Part shown: positions 25,381 to 40,047 of the stretch, piece by piece | How positions within the stretch are numbered: position 1 is the stretch's first letter | Layout: every line of letters begins with the position of its first letter | The notes under the pieces: generated by a model | What the model saw: only the letters and a program-made list of their open reading frames with translations | Told to the model about the DNA's origin: nothing | The model's database searches: none | Source: Octopus sinensis | Lineage: Eukaryota | Assembly: GCF_006345805.1 (NCBI RefSeq) | Contig: NC_043005.1 | Location: 82,832,001-82,896,000 of the forward strand | Length of the DNA: 64,000 nt | Direction: 5' to 3' | Position numbers and translations under genes: made by a program

Positions 25381-27129
25381 TTCATAACTCTATCTTAAAA
25401 TTTCTATTTATGCAACCAATATACTCCTTCAAACATTACGTATTAAATATTTATTTATTCCAAAACAAATACATTAATGAAATGCTAAAGTCTAAGGAAA
25501 GATAAAAGAATAGAAAATTGTTTTAAAATCTGAGGTAAAAAAGGATTATGACATTGCTACAGTTCGCATTTTTCAAGTATTTCTTTTAAAACAAGCATAC
25601 AGAAAAAAAAAACCGAAGGAAAACATAAAATTTCAGTAAATCAAACCAAACAATACGAAAAATAAAAAAGACCTTACATTAAATTAACATGTCAATAAAT
25701 GTGAATCATGCAACTGAAATTAAATTCTTCTCTTTCCACGAAGAGCACTGGCATTTCAAATATCTACAATTTTTGTGAAATAATATAAAACACAAACTAA
25801 ATATATTCACATTAGAGGCTTCCATTTTGTGAGAATTATACATTAATCATTATATTGGAGCCATATTCACTATAAAGAATGTCTCTTGGGATGCATGTTT
25901 CATAACGCACATCTTAAAATAAAATATTGCATTGCTTCGCCGTTGTTTTTTCCTTGTTTTAGTTTTCCTTACAAACACATACGAACACACTTGCACGCAC
26001 ACACATATACATACATATATGTATGTATACATATATATATGTGTGTGTGTGTGTGTATGTTTGTGTGTGTGTATGTGTGTGTGTTTGTGTGTGTGGCTTC
26101 ATAATTAAATGTGTATTTATTTGAAATTATTTTGTTTTCATTTTCAAATTTTTATGTATTTTTTTCATTTATTTTTTATTCCTATTTTTCCTCTTCCTGC
26201 CGAACTTTAATATTAGAAATACAACCTCATCAAGAAAACGTATTATCAAAGTAATATGGAGGCCTCTGTGTCAAGAGTATCATTTATGATATCATGGTTA
26301 TTCAATTATTTTTGTATGTGGTGTTTCATATTTTAAACTTTTCCGTGTTGCATAACCTGCACGATTACATTTTAGAGGATGATTAGACGTAGCATTCTCC
26401 ACCTGGTCATTTTTACAGCTAAACACAGCAGCCAATTCCTCTTGAAACAACACTATATAGTTTTGAGTAACTGAAACCTAGGTATACGGGGCACCGAAAT
26501 AGTTACAACTAGAATGCCTCTCATTTCAGTAAATCAAATTGTCTTTCCAGATCAGCGCTGAGCTAGGGTGAAACAATTAGGGAATAATTCGTAGTGACCT
26601 CTGTACTGTTGCTTATGAATGTTGAAAGATTTAAATCTCATGTCGCCAGTTCAGACATCTGTAAATGCGTATCCTCTGGTATTGTGCATGTTTTTATTTC
26701 TTTTCCTCGACTAATTTTGTATTGTAAATTGAACTGAGATCGTCCTGGTAATTAATTCACGAAATGAAAATATGTTTTATATTCTTCTCAGTAGTTTCAA
26801 GATTGCAGATATACACACGTATACGCAAGCACGCACACAAACACGAACGCACAAATACACGTACATACATACAATCTAAAATATTTTCTGTATTTATTTA
26901 TGTTATTTGGGTTATTTTATTTTTATGCTCCTAGTTTCCACTGATTCATCAGACGTACGTTCCAAGATATCTCAGAATTGATTATTCTGTTCTTTTATCT
27001 GATATCCATTATATAATCTTATTATAATTTTATCGAATCTACATTATATAATTTCATTATTTAAAACGATGTTATTTTTAACTGGGAACGAATGTGAATA
27101 TACTGAAATTAGCTAGATGAATAAATATT

Positions 27130-27186
27130 GCGTGCGCGTGCACACACACACACGCATATATATATATATTATATATACATATACAT

Positions 27187-27277
<91 letters not shown>

Positions 27278-27278
27278 G

Positions 27279-27327
<49 letters not shown>

Positions 27328-27328
27328 G

Positions 27329-27390
<62 letters not shown>

Positions 27391-27420
27391 TATGTATAAG
27401 CATTCATATGCATATATACA
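27130..27420. repeat. Long (TA)n array
   Basis: Directly visible. Confidence 0.95.
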
Positions 27421-28094
27421 CGGCGTGGGATGTGAAATAATCTATTAAAATATTGACAGGGATCCACAGTTCCTAAGCTTGTTGGTCGTAAATCACAGTT
27501 TATCTGCCCAGTTATCTTGCTGCGGCGTGAAATGAAATAAAACTGACGTCTAACAGAGAATCTATGGGAGCTCCATTTGTCAGTATAAGTTACGCGAGTA
27601 AACTGACAATGCAGTGATAGCAGATTAATCTATATGTTGCTTTATGTTGTGCCAGTGGCGAGGTTATTAGTCAAGGTGTATCAGGTTACTCATCAACGTA
27701 TCAGCGACATCATATACACAGAAACTTGTTACTGATACAGCGGGTTACTCTTGTGAATTTGTATTAAATACGCCACCCTGCCGGTCAATAGCAGCGGAGA
27801 GTGTCTTTTTATAAGCAATTTCATATGAGCCAGCTAGAATCAAAATGACTCTCTAGGAAAAGTCGCGGTCCTCGGTTTGGAGCTCATTTGCATACTGTCG
27901 TTTATGACAATACATTTGATCGGATTTTATAGCTGATGGTTACTAGAAGCCGTTGTAGAATGTGGAGATTCTTGTGAAGACACACTTGACAATTTCAAGC
28001 GTCAAGCATGAAGATACTCTACAAATAATATTCGATATAATGTTGGGGAAATCGTTTCCTTGGTCCGAAATAACCTAGATTCACATAGCATCAC

Positions 28095-29398
28095 ACAGCC
28101 CCAATCTGACACCTCCACACTTCTTCGACTGGCCAAACTTATTCTCTCCCTCAACTGCTTCTCGTTCACTGGGGATTTTTGCCAACAGTTATGGGAGTGG
28201 CCATGGGAATGAGAATGGCCCCCAACTCAGCGGACCTGTTCGTTGGGTACATTGAGGGTCAAATATTCTCACGATTCGCTGGTCCCACTCCCGAACTATA
28301 CGGTTGTTATATTGATGACTGTATCGGTGCAACTTCACTCTCCCGCGAACCACTAGACTCCTTCCTCTCATTGTCCAATCCTTCCCCCTGCCGTCGAAAT
28401 TCTCCTGCACTATTTCCAACACTTCCGTCGTATTTTTCGACATTTGTTTCAACCTACACCACTCCTCTCTCACTACCTCATTCTACTAGAAACACTGACT
28501 CACACTTAACCTCTCCTCCTCCCAACCTAACCACACCAAGCTCTCTATCCCCTACTTCCAATTCCTCCGTCTGCGCAGGCTTTGCAGTGACAACCATGGC
28601 TTTGATACTCAGTCTCAACTCATGGCTCGCTACTTCTTTCTTCTTGGTTATCTTCTCACCACCATCCACACAGTCCTTGCCAAGGCGCGTTCCGTGGACC
28701 ATGCCTCTGCCCTCTCTCCCCACCGCCCCGCCGTTGCCCGTCTCTCGTTTCCCCTAATTACCACCCCACCTTCCTGCTCCTCCAACGTACCATTCTCCGA
28801 GCCTTCCGACGACTCAAGTCCCAAACTCCACCTCACCCATCTTCCCTAACCTACCAACTTCCCACCTTCAAATGAGCCTACAACCTGCGTGACTTCCTGG
28901 TGCACAGTTCCTTAACACACCACGTGGCCCGGCCCGTTCCCCCTGTTCCCGCCCACGCTGCCGCAGTGCCCCTACCTCTCCCACACCACCATCTTCACAG
29001 GCACCCATCATCGTTCCTATCCATATCACCGATATCTTTACCTGCACTTCAAGCAACGATATTTACAGTTTCTCCTGTTCTTTCTGCCCCTCTCTGTACA
29101 TCGGTCAAACGGGACGATGATTGTCTGACTGGTTCGCGGAGCACCTTCGAGAGATCAGACGCGGCAATGACACCCCGGTCTCACACCATTTCCGCTCTAT
29201 CAGTCATTCACTACAACACCCGATCGTGTTCAGATTGTCTTTGCACAGGGGTCATCCGGACTCCCGCCTTCCCTGTGGACAGGAATTAGTCTTCTTTCTT
29301 CGCTCCTTTGCACCACATCTTAACTCTCCTCTTCTCTACATCTGGCACGTACTACCTCTCTTCCCTCCCACCCACCTATCCTCTCCTCTCTTCATTTG
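28095..29398 (+). mobile_element. Penelope-like element, 5'-truncated RT + Cys linker + GIY-YIG endonuclease, frameshifted
   Basis: GVAMGMRMAPNSADLFVG..YIDDCIG (RT motifs), PCSRPRC linker, and IYSFSCSFCPSLYIGQTGR*LSDWFAEHLREIR...VSHHF (GIY-YIG). Confidence 0.92.
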
Positions 29399-30424
29399 AC
29401 ACCTACTTCGTGAGAAGCAAACAACAGAAAATACATACCATTAAAGGGCGGATACAAATCATTCCCTATATTGTACGTCAATCCAAAGAATGCGTGAACT
29501 CCAGGTCGTGGAACAAGACATTTTTTCCCGAAGAATCTGTCTTCCTTGACGAACACACAACTACATGATTTCAAACCTATCTTCTTAACCAGGCTATGGG
29601 CATAAAAAGAACAATAAACAGCAGAATAAACAATTTCAATGTCAAAGCGTTAATGTACTCTAATGTTGTATCTTGTTTGAAATACATTACAGTTACTTTA
29701 AGAGCAAAGTATAGTGAAAATATAGAATAGATGGATCACTTTGTAAATGATTACAAATCTAGACATACTTAGAGGGGCGGCGATTCAAAGAGTAATTTAG
29801 AGTTGAAAGTGCAAATATATAGAATAACGTAATGATAAGTCTTAAAAGATATATAACACCCTATTTTGTTTTTCACCAGTGTAAAAAAGAAGTGTTAAAC
29901 CGAGGTTTATAGCGTTTAGATATAAAAAGAAAAGTGCTCCGCAAATGATATAAAATAGTTTTATACATTTTAAAGCAATATATCTAATGTCATCATTATC
30001 AAAGATACGTAAATTGAGATATATATCAACAGTAGTTGTCGTGATCAATTTTCAAATGGAATTGTTGGGTTATCTCTTGATGAAGTGAAGCCAAGGGTGT
30101 AGTATTTGCGTCAATTGTTTTAGATAGATTAATGGCAGCCAGTTCATTGAAGATAGCAAGTCAATATCATGAACAGAATTCAGAGATTTCAATGTGATTG
30201 AACAGATTTTTGAATTAATGAGATTTTAACACATCTCTGTGATTCACTATTAATAACTACAGTCAACCATCAACCGTCAACTTTATTCAATGCACTTAAC
30301 CCATCATATAACACCCAAGTCAGTCAACAAAGAAAAATACACAGATGAACTAATTTTTGATGTTATCCGAAAGTTCACGTATTCATGGTTGGATGCAGAC
30401 GATAATAACAATGATAATAGTATA

Positions 30425-33400
30425 ATATTACTTTCTAAAATTTTCGCAAAGATGGAGATTTAGAAAGAAGGAACAGTAACAGACGATTATATTGGCACTA
30501 CTAATTGACTGCTACATTATTTCTTTACTCCTGCAAAGATGAATGGCAAGAATTAACCCGGGTGTGATTTGAACCCAGAACGTAAAAGAGCGTAACTAGA
30601 TTAGATAACGTTATATACTTTGTACGAATATCTAACGATTCTGCCAATTTACTGCTTTTGATGATAATCGTGATTATAATACTTTCTTACGTAGGAACAA
30701 GGTTAGAATTTGGAAGGGAGAAACCAGTCGGTTACAACGCCTAAGTTCATCACTACTATTGTATTTTATTGATAAAAGCTGAAGTCGACATCGGCGAAAT
30801 TCGATCTCAGAATATAAAGGTGAAGAACAGACAACACACAGTAGTCTTCCCGATGTTCTAACTTTTCTGCTTATCTCCCAGTAACATAATCGTTTCTGAT
30901 ACAGACTTAAATACAAAAATTTGGGAAGCATTAGTTAAATATATCGATTTCAAATATCGGCACGAGGCCAGCAGTTTAGGGAGAAAGATAAGCCGAATAC
31001 ATAGACCCCAGCGCTCAACTTATTTTAGTTATTTTATCGAACCTGAAAGGATGAAAGGCAAAGTCGACCTCGGTGGAATTTGAACACGGAACTTAAAGAC
31101 GGACGAAATGCCGCTAAGCATTGTGCCCAGCGTGCTTATGATTCTAACAGCTCGTTGCTTGGGTTAGTTAAATATATCAACCTCATCTATTAACTGGTGT
31201 TTATTTTATAGTTTCTGAAAGAATACGTTCTAAGTTTTCTTTGCCCGGATTTGAATTCGAAATATTAAGAGCTGGATCAAATAATACATGGCATCCTAGA
31301 CGAGGCTCTAATTAATCCGCATTCTACCACCTTTGGTGATTATAGTAATTCCTTCACGTTTTGGCTGAAAGCCAGTAATTTTAAGAGTAGGGGCATGTCC
31401 ACTCCATCAATTTTAGTGCTTGGATGGTTCTTTTTATCCATCCCCAAAAGAATGGAAGGCAAAGTTCCTCAAAAGTTACTTAGAATGTAAAAAACAGCAA
31501 GAAATTTTGTCAGACAGTCTACCAACTCTGCAAACTTGCCTCCTCAATAACAATAATTTCTTTCTTATTTTGGTAAAAGATGAGTAACTTCAGGAGAGGG
31601 GCCAAATAGACTACATGTACCCGAGTGCTCAACAGGTACTTATGTTATCGACCCCGAAATGATAAAATGGGGAAAAGTCGGCCACGACAGAATTTGGACT
31701 GAGAACGTAAAACAGTAGAAGAAAGACTGCTACGTATTGTACCTGCCGCTATAGCAATTCTGCCAGCTCACCGCCTTACCATGGATAAGAGTAATATGAA
31801 AAGAAGTGATTTTCAACTTTATTACAGAGCTATAAACATATAAAGAGTAATTGTATGCGAGTAATTCAGCCCTATATATTATATTAGATATTTATTATAT
31901 TGACCCCAGATAATTTAGAGTTAAAGCATATGTGAGCAGATGTGAATGTACAAGGGCGGCGATGTAAATGCTTTGAAGCATTTAGTCTTTCTTTGAACTG
32001 ATTCTTTACTCTCATCGCTCTTGATAATAACTGATCGACCAAGTGGTTTGTGTTATTGAAGGACCAGACGAAAATTTTAAAGAAAAGGAACCTGCTAAAC
32101 TAAATCAGTATGATGGCATTTAAATGAAGATATTAATGTCACGAAGTCAAAAACATCGAAGTTATACGTTGTGAATCAAAACTAATTTGTCAAAGAGAAA
32201 TAACTTCGGAAGCTCTCCGAAGTGCATAACTACAAAATACTACTTTATAAACTGTAAATTATCCATGTATTTCGTCTCAAGTTATATAACTAAATATCAG
32301 TTTACTACGTTTAAAATTATTGTCTAGTTTCACATAACGACGCATACATCGCTGGTGATAAATTATTTCAAAACATTCATTAAAGAAACGAATGAATTGA
32401 GTTGCAAAATGGCAGTAATAGTAATATTGTTTGTAATTTAGGTACAATGCCAACAATTTTGAGGGGAAGGGGAAATAGAAATCGATGTTGTTAACCCCAG
32501 ATCTTAAACTGTACTTTATTTTATAAAGTTACGGGATAAAAGGTAAAGCTAACCTCAGTGGCTTTTGAATTCAACATATAAAGACCCGTAAATTAATAAT
32601 AGTAACACTGTTTCGTATTAAGATACAAGGTCGGTTTTTGTGAAGGAATAGTCGATGCCCAAGATTCCAGAACTAGAATACTGCTTTGTTTTAATGAATC
32701 GTTCAAAATGTAAATTTTAGTTAACCTCTGATTTTGAAGTCAGAAGTGGATTTAGAGCCAATTCCTCGAAGGAATAATTTTGACGCTCTGACGATTCTTC
32801 CAACTGGCAGCATTCTCATAAAAATGACAGTTATATTCTTTCTAATTTCGCCAGAAACAAGCAATTGTCCGAGGTGGAGTATGCTGATTACATCGACTCA
32901 GTACTTGACTGATTCTTATTTTATCAAACACGAAATATAAAAAGCAAATTCGACATCGATGTGACTCGAACTCAGTAAGTAATATATCATGGAATATCTC
33001 AAAGCATTTTTCCGGCACCCTAACAATTTTGTCATTCCTCCACCTTAATAGTAAATAATAAGTTTACTTAGTGGAGTCCATCGCATCAACCCCAGAGCTC
33101 AACTGGTACTTATTTTATCGACCTCTTGGGAATGTAAGGTAAAGTGGACCACGTTGGAACTGAACTCAGCTTAAATACAAAAGAAATGCCACTGAGAATT
33201 TTGTCCGGTACAGAAACAGTACTACCCGCTCGTCACCTTTCCCCATCTTCATAATCCTTTCTACTATAGGCACAAGGTCTGAAATTTTGTGGGAAGGGAC
33301 AAGTAGATTACATTAATCCTAGTGCGCAACTAGTATTTATTTCATCGATCTCGAAAGGATAAGAGGCAAAGTCAACCTCGGCGTAATTTCACTTGGAAGG

Positions 33401-34164
33401 TAAAGTTGGATGAAATTTCGCGAAGCATTTCACCCACCTTGTTAATGATTCTACCAGCTCGCTGCCTGAATAATAACATTGATATTAATAATATAAAAAA
33501 TCCAAGCATATGAATTTCAGTGGGGCGGAGAAGAATAGATTATTGCAACCCCAGTACTTGAGTGGTTATAATTTTTATTAACTAAGAAAATTCTATTTTC
33601 GTAGAATTTGCACACGAACTAAATAAGAACGATAAAGGTTTTTGTACGTTTCTTGTTGTGTCCTTGCATTTTCATTAACAATTTCTTCCATCTAGGTTAT
33701 CGATCATCCGAAAGTAAGTTGCAAAATTAAGAAACTGCACGATTGGAACCTCAAGGTATGTACATATAAACATGGTTTAGGATATTAAAGAGGTAGTAAT
33801 ATCTAGTCATCTATGGATTATGATTAAAAAAAAACACTCAGAAAAAGATGTACAAAAATTAACTCTAATAAGCATGTGCGAACTAAAATCCATTTAGAAC
33901 AATTACATATACTTTGCAGCATTTCTTCGGCATATAAACCAGTCGATGCATTAGCATTATATATAAATCGCAATACTTTGAATATTTATGCATCAAACAT
34001 GAGCAAAACAAAACCTCTGCGGCAAAAAAGAAAACACCTGTGAACAACATTGTACAAGTTCTGCAAATGTACACGGAATATACCGCTTAAAAACTTGCAT
34101 AAGAGATTATATATTCAAGCTAAATAATAATAGTGATAATAATAATAATAATAATAATAATAAT

Positions 34165-34199
<35 letters not shown>

Positions 34200-34227
34200 T
34201 AATAATAATAACAATAATAACAATAAA

Positions 34228-34289
<62 letters not shown>

Positions 34290-34464
34290 TTCTACTATAG
34301 GCAAAGGGTCGGAAATTTGGTGGGAGGGGCCAGTGGAGTGGATCGACCCAAGTACGTTACTAGTACTTAATTTATCGACCTCCGAAAGTATGAAAGGCAA
34401 AGTCGACCTCAGCGGAATTTGAAATAAGAACGTAGCGTGCTAACAATTCTGCCAGCTAACCGCT

Positions 34465-34562
<98 letters not shown>

Positions 34563-35022
34563 AATCATGGTCATGATGATGATGATCATGATGATGATCA
34601 TTTCAAATTTTTGTCCAAGGGTAATTATTCCGGAGAGAGGGTAAGTCGATTATATTGTCCCCAGTTGTCAACGCCCCGAGAGGATAAATGTCAAAGTCAA
34701 CTTCCACGGAATTTGAACAACTAAGAACATAAAGATAGATGAAATGTGGCTGAGCATTCTGCCTGACGTGGTAACAATTCTGCCAGTTCGTTCCTGAATG
34801 ATATTAATAACCCTTTCCACTATAGACATAAGGTCTGACATTGGGAGTGAGGGAATATTGCTTAGAACGACGCCAGTGCGTAAGTGGTTCACATTTTATC
34901 GACCACGAGAGAATGAAAGGCAAAGTCTACCTCGGCGGAATTTCAACTCTGAACATAAAGATGGACAAAATGACACTAAACATTTTTCCCGATGCGCTAA
35001 CGATTCTGCCAGCTCGCTAAAA
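30425..35022 (-). mobile_element. Cluster of ~16 co-oriented MetaSINE copies of different ages
   Basis: Repeated aaaggcaaagtcgacctcggcggaatttgaac...aacgattctgccag units, best preserved at 30945-31160, 33255-33470, 34290-34465 and 34810-35020, separated by AAT remnants. Confidence 0.85.
34122..34600. repeat. (AAT)n and (GAT)n arrays flanking a SINE
   Basis: Directly visible. Confidence 0.95.
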
Positions 35023-35974
35023 GTCGTATATTAGTAACGAAGAGAAATAATCGTCCAATGGTTTCCAATACATATTTGATACGTAATACTTCCATGTGAT
35101 TAAATAAAAATGAAACGGAACTTAGCTGGAATAGTGAACATCAGCATAAAAACTTACATTCAAGTCAGCTCTTCCATCAGCCAAGAGATCTCCCTGTATT
35201 GGGGGTCAGAGCTTGCCAATACTCCATGTCTTTTTTGTATCGTGCAGTATGCTTACAATCACCCAGGCTCTTGCTTCCGATCCACCTCTTCATGACTCGG
35301 TCCACAACCATCTTTGACTGCTTCTTGCCCAAAAGATGATAGCTTTATGGACTTCATTCTCTAACATAAATGTCTTTGGACTGTCAACTATGCCACTACT
35401 TAATTGTTTGTAACCCCGAATTTCCAGCATATGCTGACTAAACTGCGAAAGTATCACATCGCAAAGCCTTCTAATTTTACTTTATTGCTGTGTACATTGT
35501 CAAAGTTTTTGCCCTCACTAGATGACATATAATATAATATAGCAGTTTAATAGAGTAGAAGATCTTTTTCATTCTCATAAATGCTGTTTGTCCTTTGAGT
35601 AACTTCCCTGCAGCAACCTCCCTCATTTATTACTTGCCCTGAATTCTAGAAGTATTTTACTTATTCAATATACATAGGTATTTAAACACGTCATGATAAT
35701 GATCAACCCGTCAGCACAAAGTGTAACAATTATATCCAGAGCTTAACAAAGATTTTATCACAAAAATATATCGTGAAAGCTTTCAGTAATCCCCCTACGA
35801 GATCTGAAGAATGACGTGATAAACAAATAAAGCCATGTTTGCTAGATTTTCTGATTGTGCAATAAACATTTTAGCTGCTAATAAATAATGAAGTGATAAT
35901 GTCTTTAATGATGTGATTAACTCTACTCAACAATATATTCTTGGTAAGCAGAAATACATCTTATTAGAGAGTAC

Positions 35975-37187
35975 TTCTGCTTAATAGGATTGTACCCATG
36001 CTCGATCCACTTCTTCGTAAGAAACCGAATGGATTTAGAAGGGCCGGTCAACAACTGCACAAATCCTTTCCACCCGTCGCATACTGGAAAAAAAAATTAA
36101 ATATTAACAAGAGAGACACAATCTGTTTTGCCGACTATCGCAAAGCATTTGATTCCATCAGCAGAGATCTCATGTCTAATATCATTGCACTCTATGGTAT
36201 TCCTCCCAGGATTATTGATGGTATCAGAGCACTGTATACAAACAACACTGCCACAGTTATAACTCCTGATGGAGAGACTGATTTCTTTGAAGTTGAAGCA
36301 GGTGTTCTGCAGGGTAACACACTCGCACCTTTCTTGTTCGGCATTGTCCTCGACTATGTTCTACGCACTTCCCTAGGCGGTATGGATGAAAAGAGACTCT
36401 TTTTGAAACCCCGCCTGAGCAGTTGGCATTGTACGCAATATTTAACTGATCTTAACTTTGCTGACGACCTTGCCTTGATACGCCATTGTATTAAAGATGC
36501 AGAATCTTTGTTACAAGTACTAGAGAAAGCAGCAAACCAGGTTAGCCTTTACTGCAACGAGAGTAAGACAGAGTTTATCACGACCTTCTCCAACTTAAAT
36601 CGATCAATAATATATCAATCAACTTCAAATATCTTGCATCACACATACTAGACTCCCAAAATGACTTTAGCAGCTGCAAGGCTCTTGCTTGGGATACATG
36701 TAACAGACTTGATAAGGCCTGGCACTCAAACCTTCCACCCAAGTTAAAAGTTAAAATATTTAGAACACTGATTGAGCCAGTCCTTCTCTGTGGATCAGAG
36801 ACCTGGACCTTTTCGGCTCTCTTAGAAAAACAGCTTGAAGGAACATATACCAACCTGCTCAGAAAGATACATAACATCATTTGGAGATCACGTCCAACAA
36901 TTAGCTACATCTACGGAAATCTGATACCAGTATCCCTCAAGCTAAAGTAGAAACGGTTACAATTTGCTGGCCACTATTACCGAGCAGAGAAAGGGGTTAT
37001 CTCATCCATGCATCTATGGGATCCCTCTCGAAGTGTTTTCTCCAAGAAACTGACATTTCCAGATACTATATCTCGGGATTCACGGATGGATATTAGAGAT
37101 CTGAACACATTAACGCAGGACCGTGTAGTGTGGAAAGAGGTTGTCAATTGAGTTCCAACCAACCATAGGCTGGTGGAAGGATGATGT
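35975..37187 (+). mobile_element. RTE-clade LINE, 5'-truncated RT pseudogene
   Basis: FADYRKAFDSISR..GVLQGNTLAPFLF..DLNFADDLAL, then ..IFRTLIEPVLLCGSETW..RLQFAGHY..DRVVW; ends in a ggatgatg tail. Confidence 0.92.
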
Positions 37188-37284
37188 AGAAAAGCTGAAT
37201 AATGGCAAGGGACACAACTCAAAAAGTAATCTTGTAATTTCTGTTTGAAATTGTTGGTAGCATTCAATTGTTAATGGTACTAAT

Positions 37285-37472
37285 AGTTGTTTTCTAATTT
37301 AGACAGAAACCCAACAATTATATATGGGGGAAATTAGACGATTACTTAACTGTTATTTCATAGGCCTCGAAAAGACGAAAGACAAAGTGAGCCGCAGCGG
37401 GATCTGAACGTAAAGCAGAAATATCGGAAGACATCTTTTGCGGTGTTCTAACAATTCTGCCAATCCAACGAC
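37285..37472 (-). mobile_element. Decayed MetaSINE
   Basis: gaaaagacgaaagacaaagtgagccgcagcgggatctgaac...aacaattctgcca. Confidence 0.6.
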
Positions 37473-38320
37473 TTTAAAATTCTTAATAAAGACAATAGAT
37501 AATGCGTTGAATAGAAAGGTATAACAATTTGGATTGAAGAACGATCTCTATACAGCTTTGATTGCTTATATCAAAATGAATTAATGTTAAACGTTTACCC
37601 GTCCAATGACAGGTAACTTTGGATGTAAGCTTTGGCCACCATGGGTATTACCAAGAAACATAGAATACATACAATAACTATATTTTAATTTTCATCAAAT
37701 TTCTTGCTACTTATAATAAACGGGGAAATGAATATCAATTTTTTAAAGAAAAATCTTACCTTAAACCAAAATTGAATAAAACATATGTCTCATTTGCATA
37801 ACTTCTCCCATAACTACTCATTTACTCTCTCTCCTCCTTCGTTATCTCTATGATTCTGTCTCTCACTCAATGCATTTACAGTCTTATTTTATTCATTGCT
37901 AGCCACCAAGCCTAGTATGCTGCACTTATGATAAGTCACAGTGTAGTTCTCTTTTATTCTGGTTCTCCCTTCTATAACGCGTGACTGGATATCTCCACCA
38001 ACCAGATTCTATAACGGCTATTAGTATATAGAGATATATCACATTGACATATCTGGTTTAAATTATCACCAGATGTTGTGAGTTCTCTGAAATCTTGATT
38101 TTTTTTAAGAATAGGAGAAACGTTAGAATATATGGAAAGAGCACAAACCATAAAATTAATAAGATAAATTCCAGACTGGCTACCGCTGGTTTGAACCTAG
38201 ATCTAACAATTTGTTTTTTAAACCAAACAGACTTACCTAATAAATCCTCTGCCGCTTAAGATTATTTTAATCCAACTTCCAGGTCCCAATCTCCTCTTTT
38301 TTTATGAAGTTCGAAATATT

Positions 38321-38535
38321 AATTTCAAACTTTTGGCACAAGGCCAGCAATTTCGAGGGAGGAGTTAAGTTGATAACATCGATCCCAGTGTTCGGATAGT
38401 ACTTAGTTTATTGACTCGGAAAGCCTGAAAAGCAAAGTCGACCTCGGCGAATTTTGAACTCAGAAAATAAAGACGGACGAATTGCAGCTAAGCATTTTGC
38501 TCGGCGTGCTAACGATTCTGCCAGCTCGCCGCTTA
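38321..38535 (-). mobile_element. MetaSINE, full length, with ~18-bp TSD
   Basis: Family consensus is intact. TSD tatgaagtTcGaaatatt (38303-38320) and tatgaagtCcAaaatatt (38536-38553). Confidence 0.9.
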
Positions 38536-39844
38536 TATGAAGTCCAAAATATTGAATATTATTATTAAAATAAGTATCTCGTACATGATAAGCTGTCTAT
38601 TTGTGCTCCATTAAGCGCATCCTTAAATCCGCGAAGTAATAGCTATAACGATAGAAGTAAAACCTTACGTCAGAACAGTGACAGAGTTGGAAGCCACGGT
38701 TTAAAATGTAATGTTTTATAGCTTATAAACCAACATGGAATCTCCTTTGAGTCTGATAAATGACTCTGTCTCGGAAGGATGAGCAAGTCAAAAATGACTG
38801 ATAGTATATTAGTAAACTACTAAAAACTACTAAATGCACATGAAAGGAAGCGATAAGAATTATCTTGGAACCAAAAGAGAATAAAGCAATTATGCTAAAA
38901 TTTATAGTGTGATCCCCAAGGGCCATTTCCAGTGACGAAAACCGATAATATTTGGAAGTGAGCTCACTTTAAGAATATAAATCGGAAGTGACGAACATTT
39001 GGAACATGTATCTCGATGAGATACACTGGGTGTTGCATGTGTGTGTGTGTGTGTGTGTGCGTGGAAGTGTGTGTGTGTGTGTGTGTGTGGTTTTCTTGGA
39101 GGAGGTGGTGGTCATAGTCGTCGTCGTAGCGGTGTGGTGACTGAGGTAGAGGTCGTGGTTGCATCACGATTTTTTTGTTTTTGTTACCATTATTTTATTG
39201 CTACTTTAGTTGCTGTCGGTACTGTTTTACAAATAAGGATTTGATAAAAAGTAAAAGTAATACTTAGATATGAAAAAATATAAGAAATCGCTATAAAGCG
39301 GACGGTAGGAATAAGGATTGAGAAATAGCAAGTGCTTGATACACCGTTTCCATGCCACCCCAATTTAGGTTTTTCTAATATTTATCACATTATGTAACTA
39401 TGTATCAAGCGCTTACTTCCTATTTGTCAATTCTTAATCCTACCCCTCTCTTTACAGAGATTTCTATATCTTTATAACTTACTACTACATTTTACTTTCT
39501 ACCTCATCTATACTCTCTTTTTGCATTATAACAGTGTTCCTAGGTCTAGTCTAATTTCATTTCATTTCATTCTCTGTCATTAACAGTTATATGTTTGTTC
39601 CTTTACCAAATTGAGGCTTCTTTCTTAATTTTAGTTTAGTACTTTAATTCATTAAAACACAGCCACCCCTATTAACTTGTTTTTTAACTTTTTTTATATG
39701 TCTCTGCATATCGCATACCAGGGTAATCAGATCACTTCTGCTACTTATATTTCCATCCCTTTCAATTTACTCACGTCGTTTATTGCCGTTGCACTTCCCT
39801 TACAACACGCAATACTCTTTCTTATAGTCGTCATCACGACTAAA

Positions 39845-40047
39845 AGAGTGAAATCTTTAGCGGTATTTCGTCTGTCTTTACGTTCTGGGTTCAAATTCCA
39901 CCGAAGTTATCTTTGCCTTTCATCCTTTCAGGATCGATATATTAAGTACCAGTCAGGGACTGGGTTCGATGTGATCGATTAATCCCCTAGCTACAAATTC
40001 CAGGCCTTGTGCCCATAATAGAAAGGCTTATTATTACTATTATTATT
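39845..40047 (+). mobile_element. MetaSINE with (ATT)n tail
   Basis: ttagcggtatttcgtctgtctttacgttctgggttcaaattccaccgaag...ggccttgtgcccataatagaaaggcttattatt. Confidence 0.85.

Noticed and set aside
35998-36651. 217-aa ORF as a functional host gene
   Set aside because: It is a truncated RTE reverse transcriptase with frameshifts on both sides.
38225-38260. Minus-strand TAG|GTAAGT as a ratchet point
   Set aside because: There is no pyrimidine tract, upstream AGs are present, and it lies in what looks like a decayed tRNA-like SINE head.
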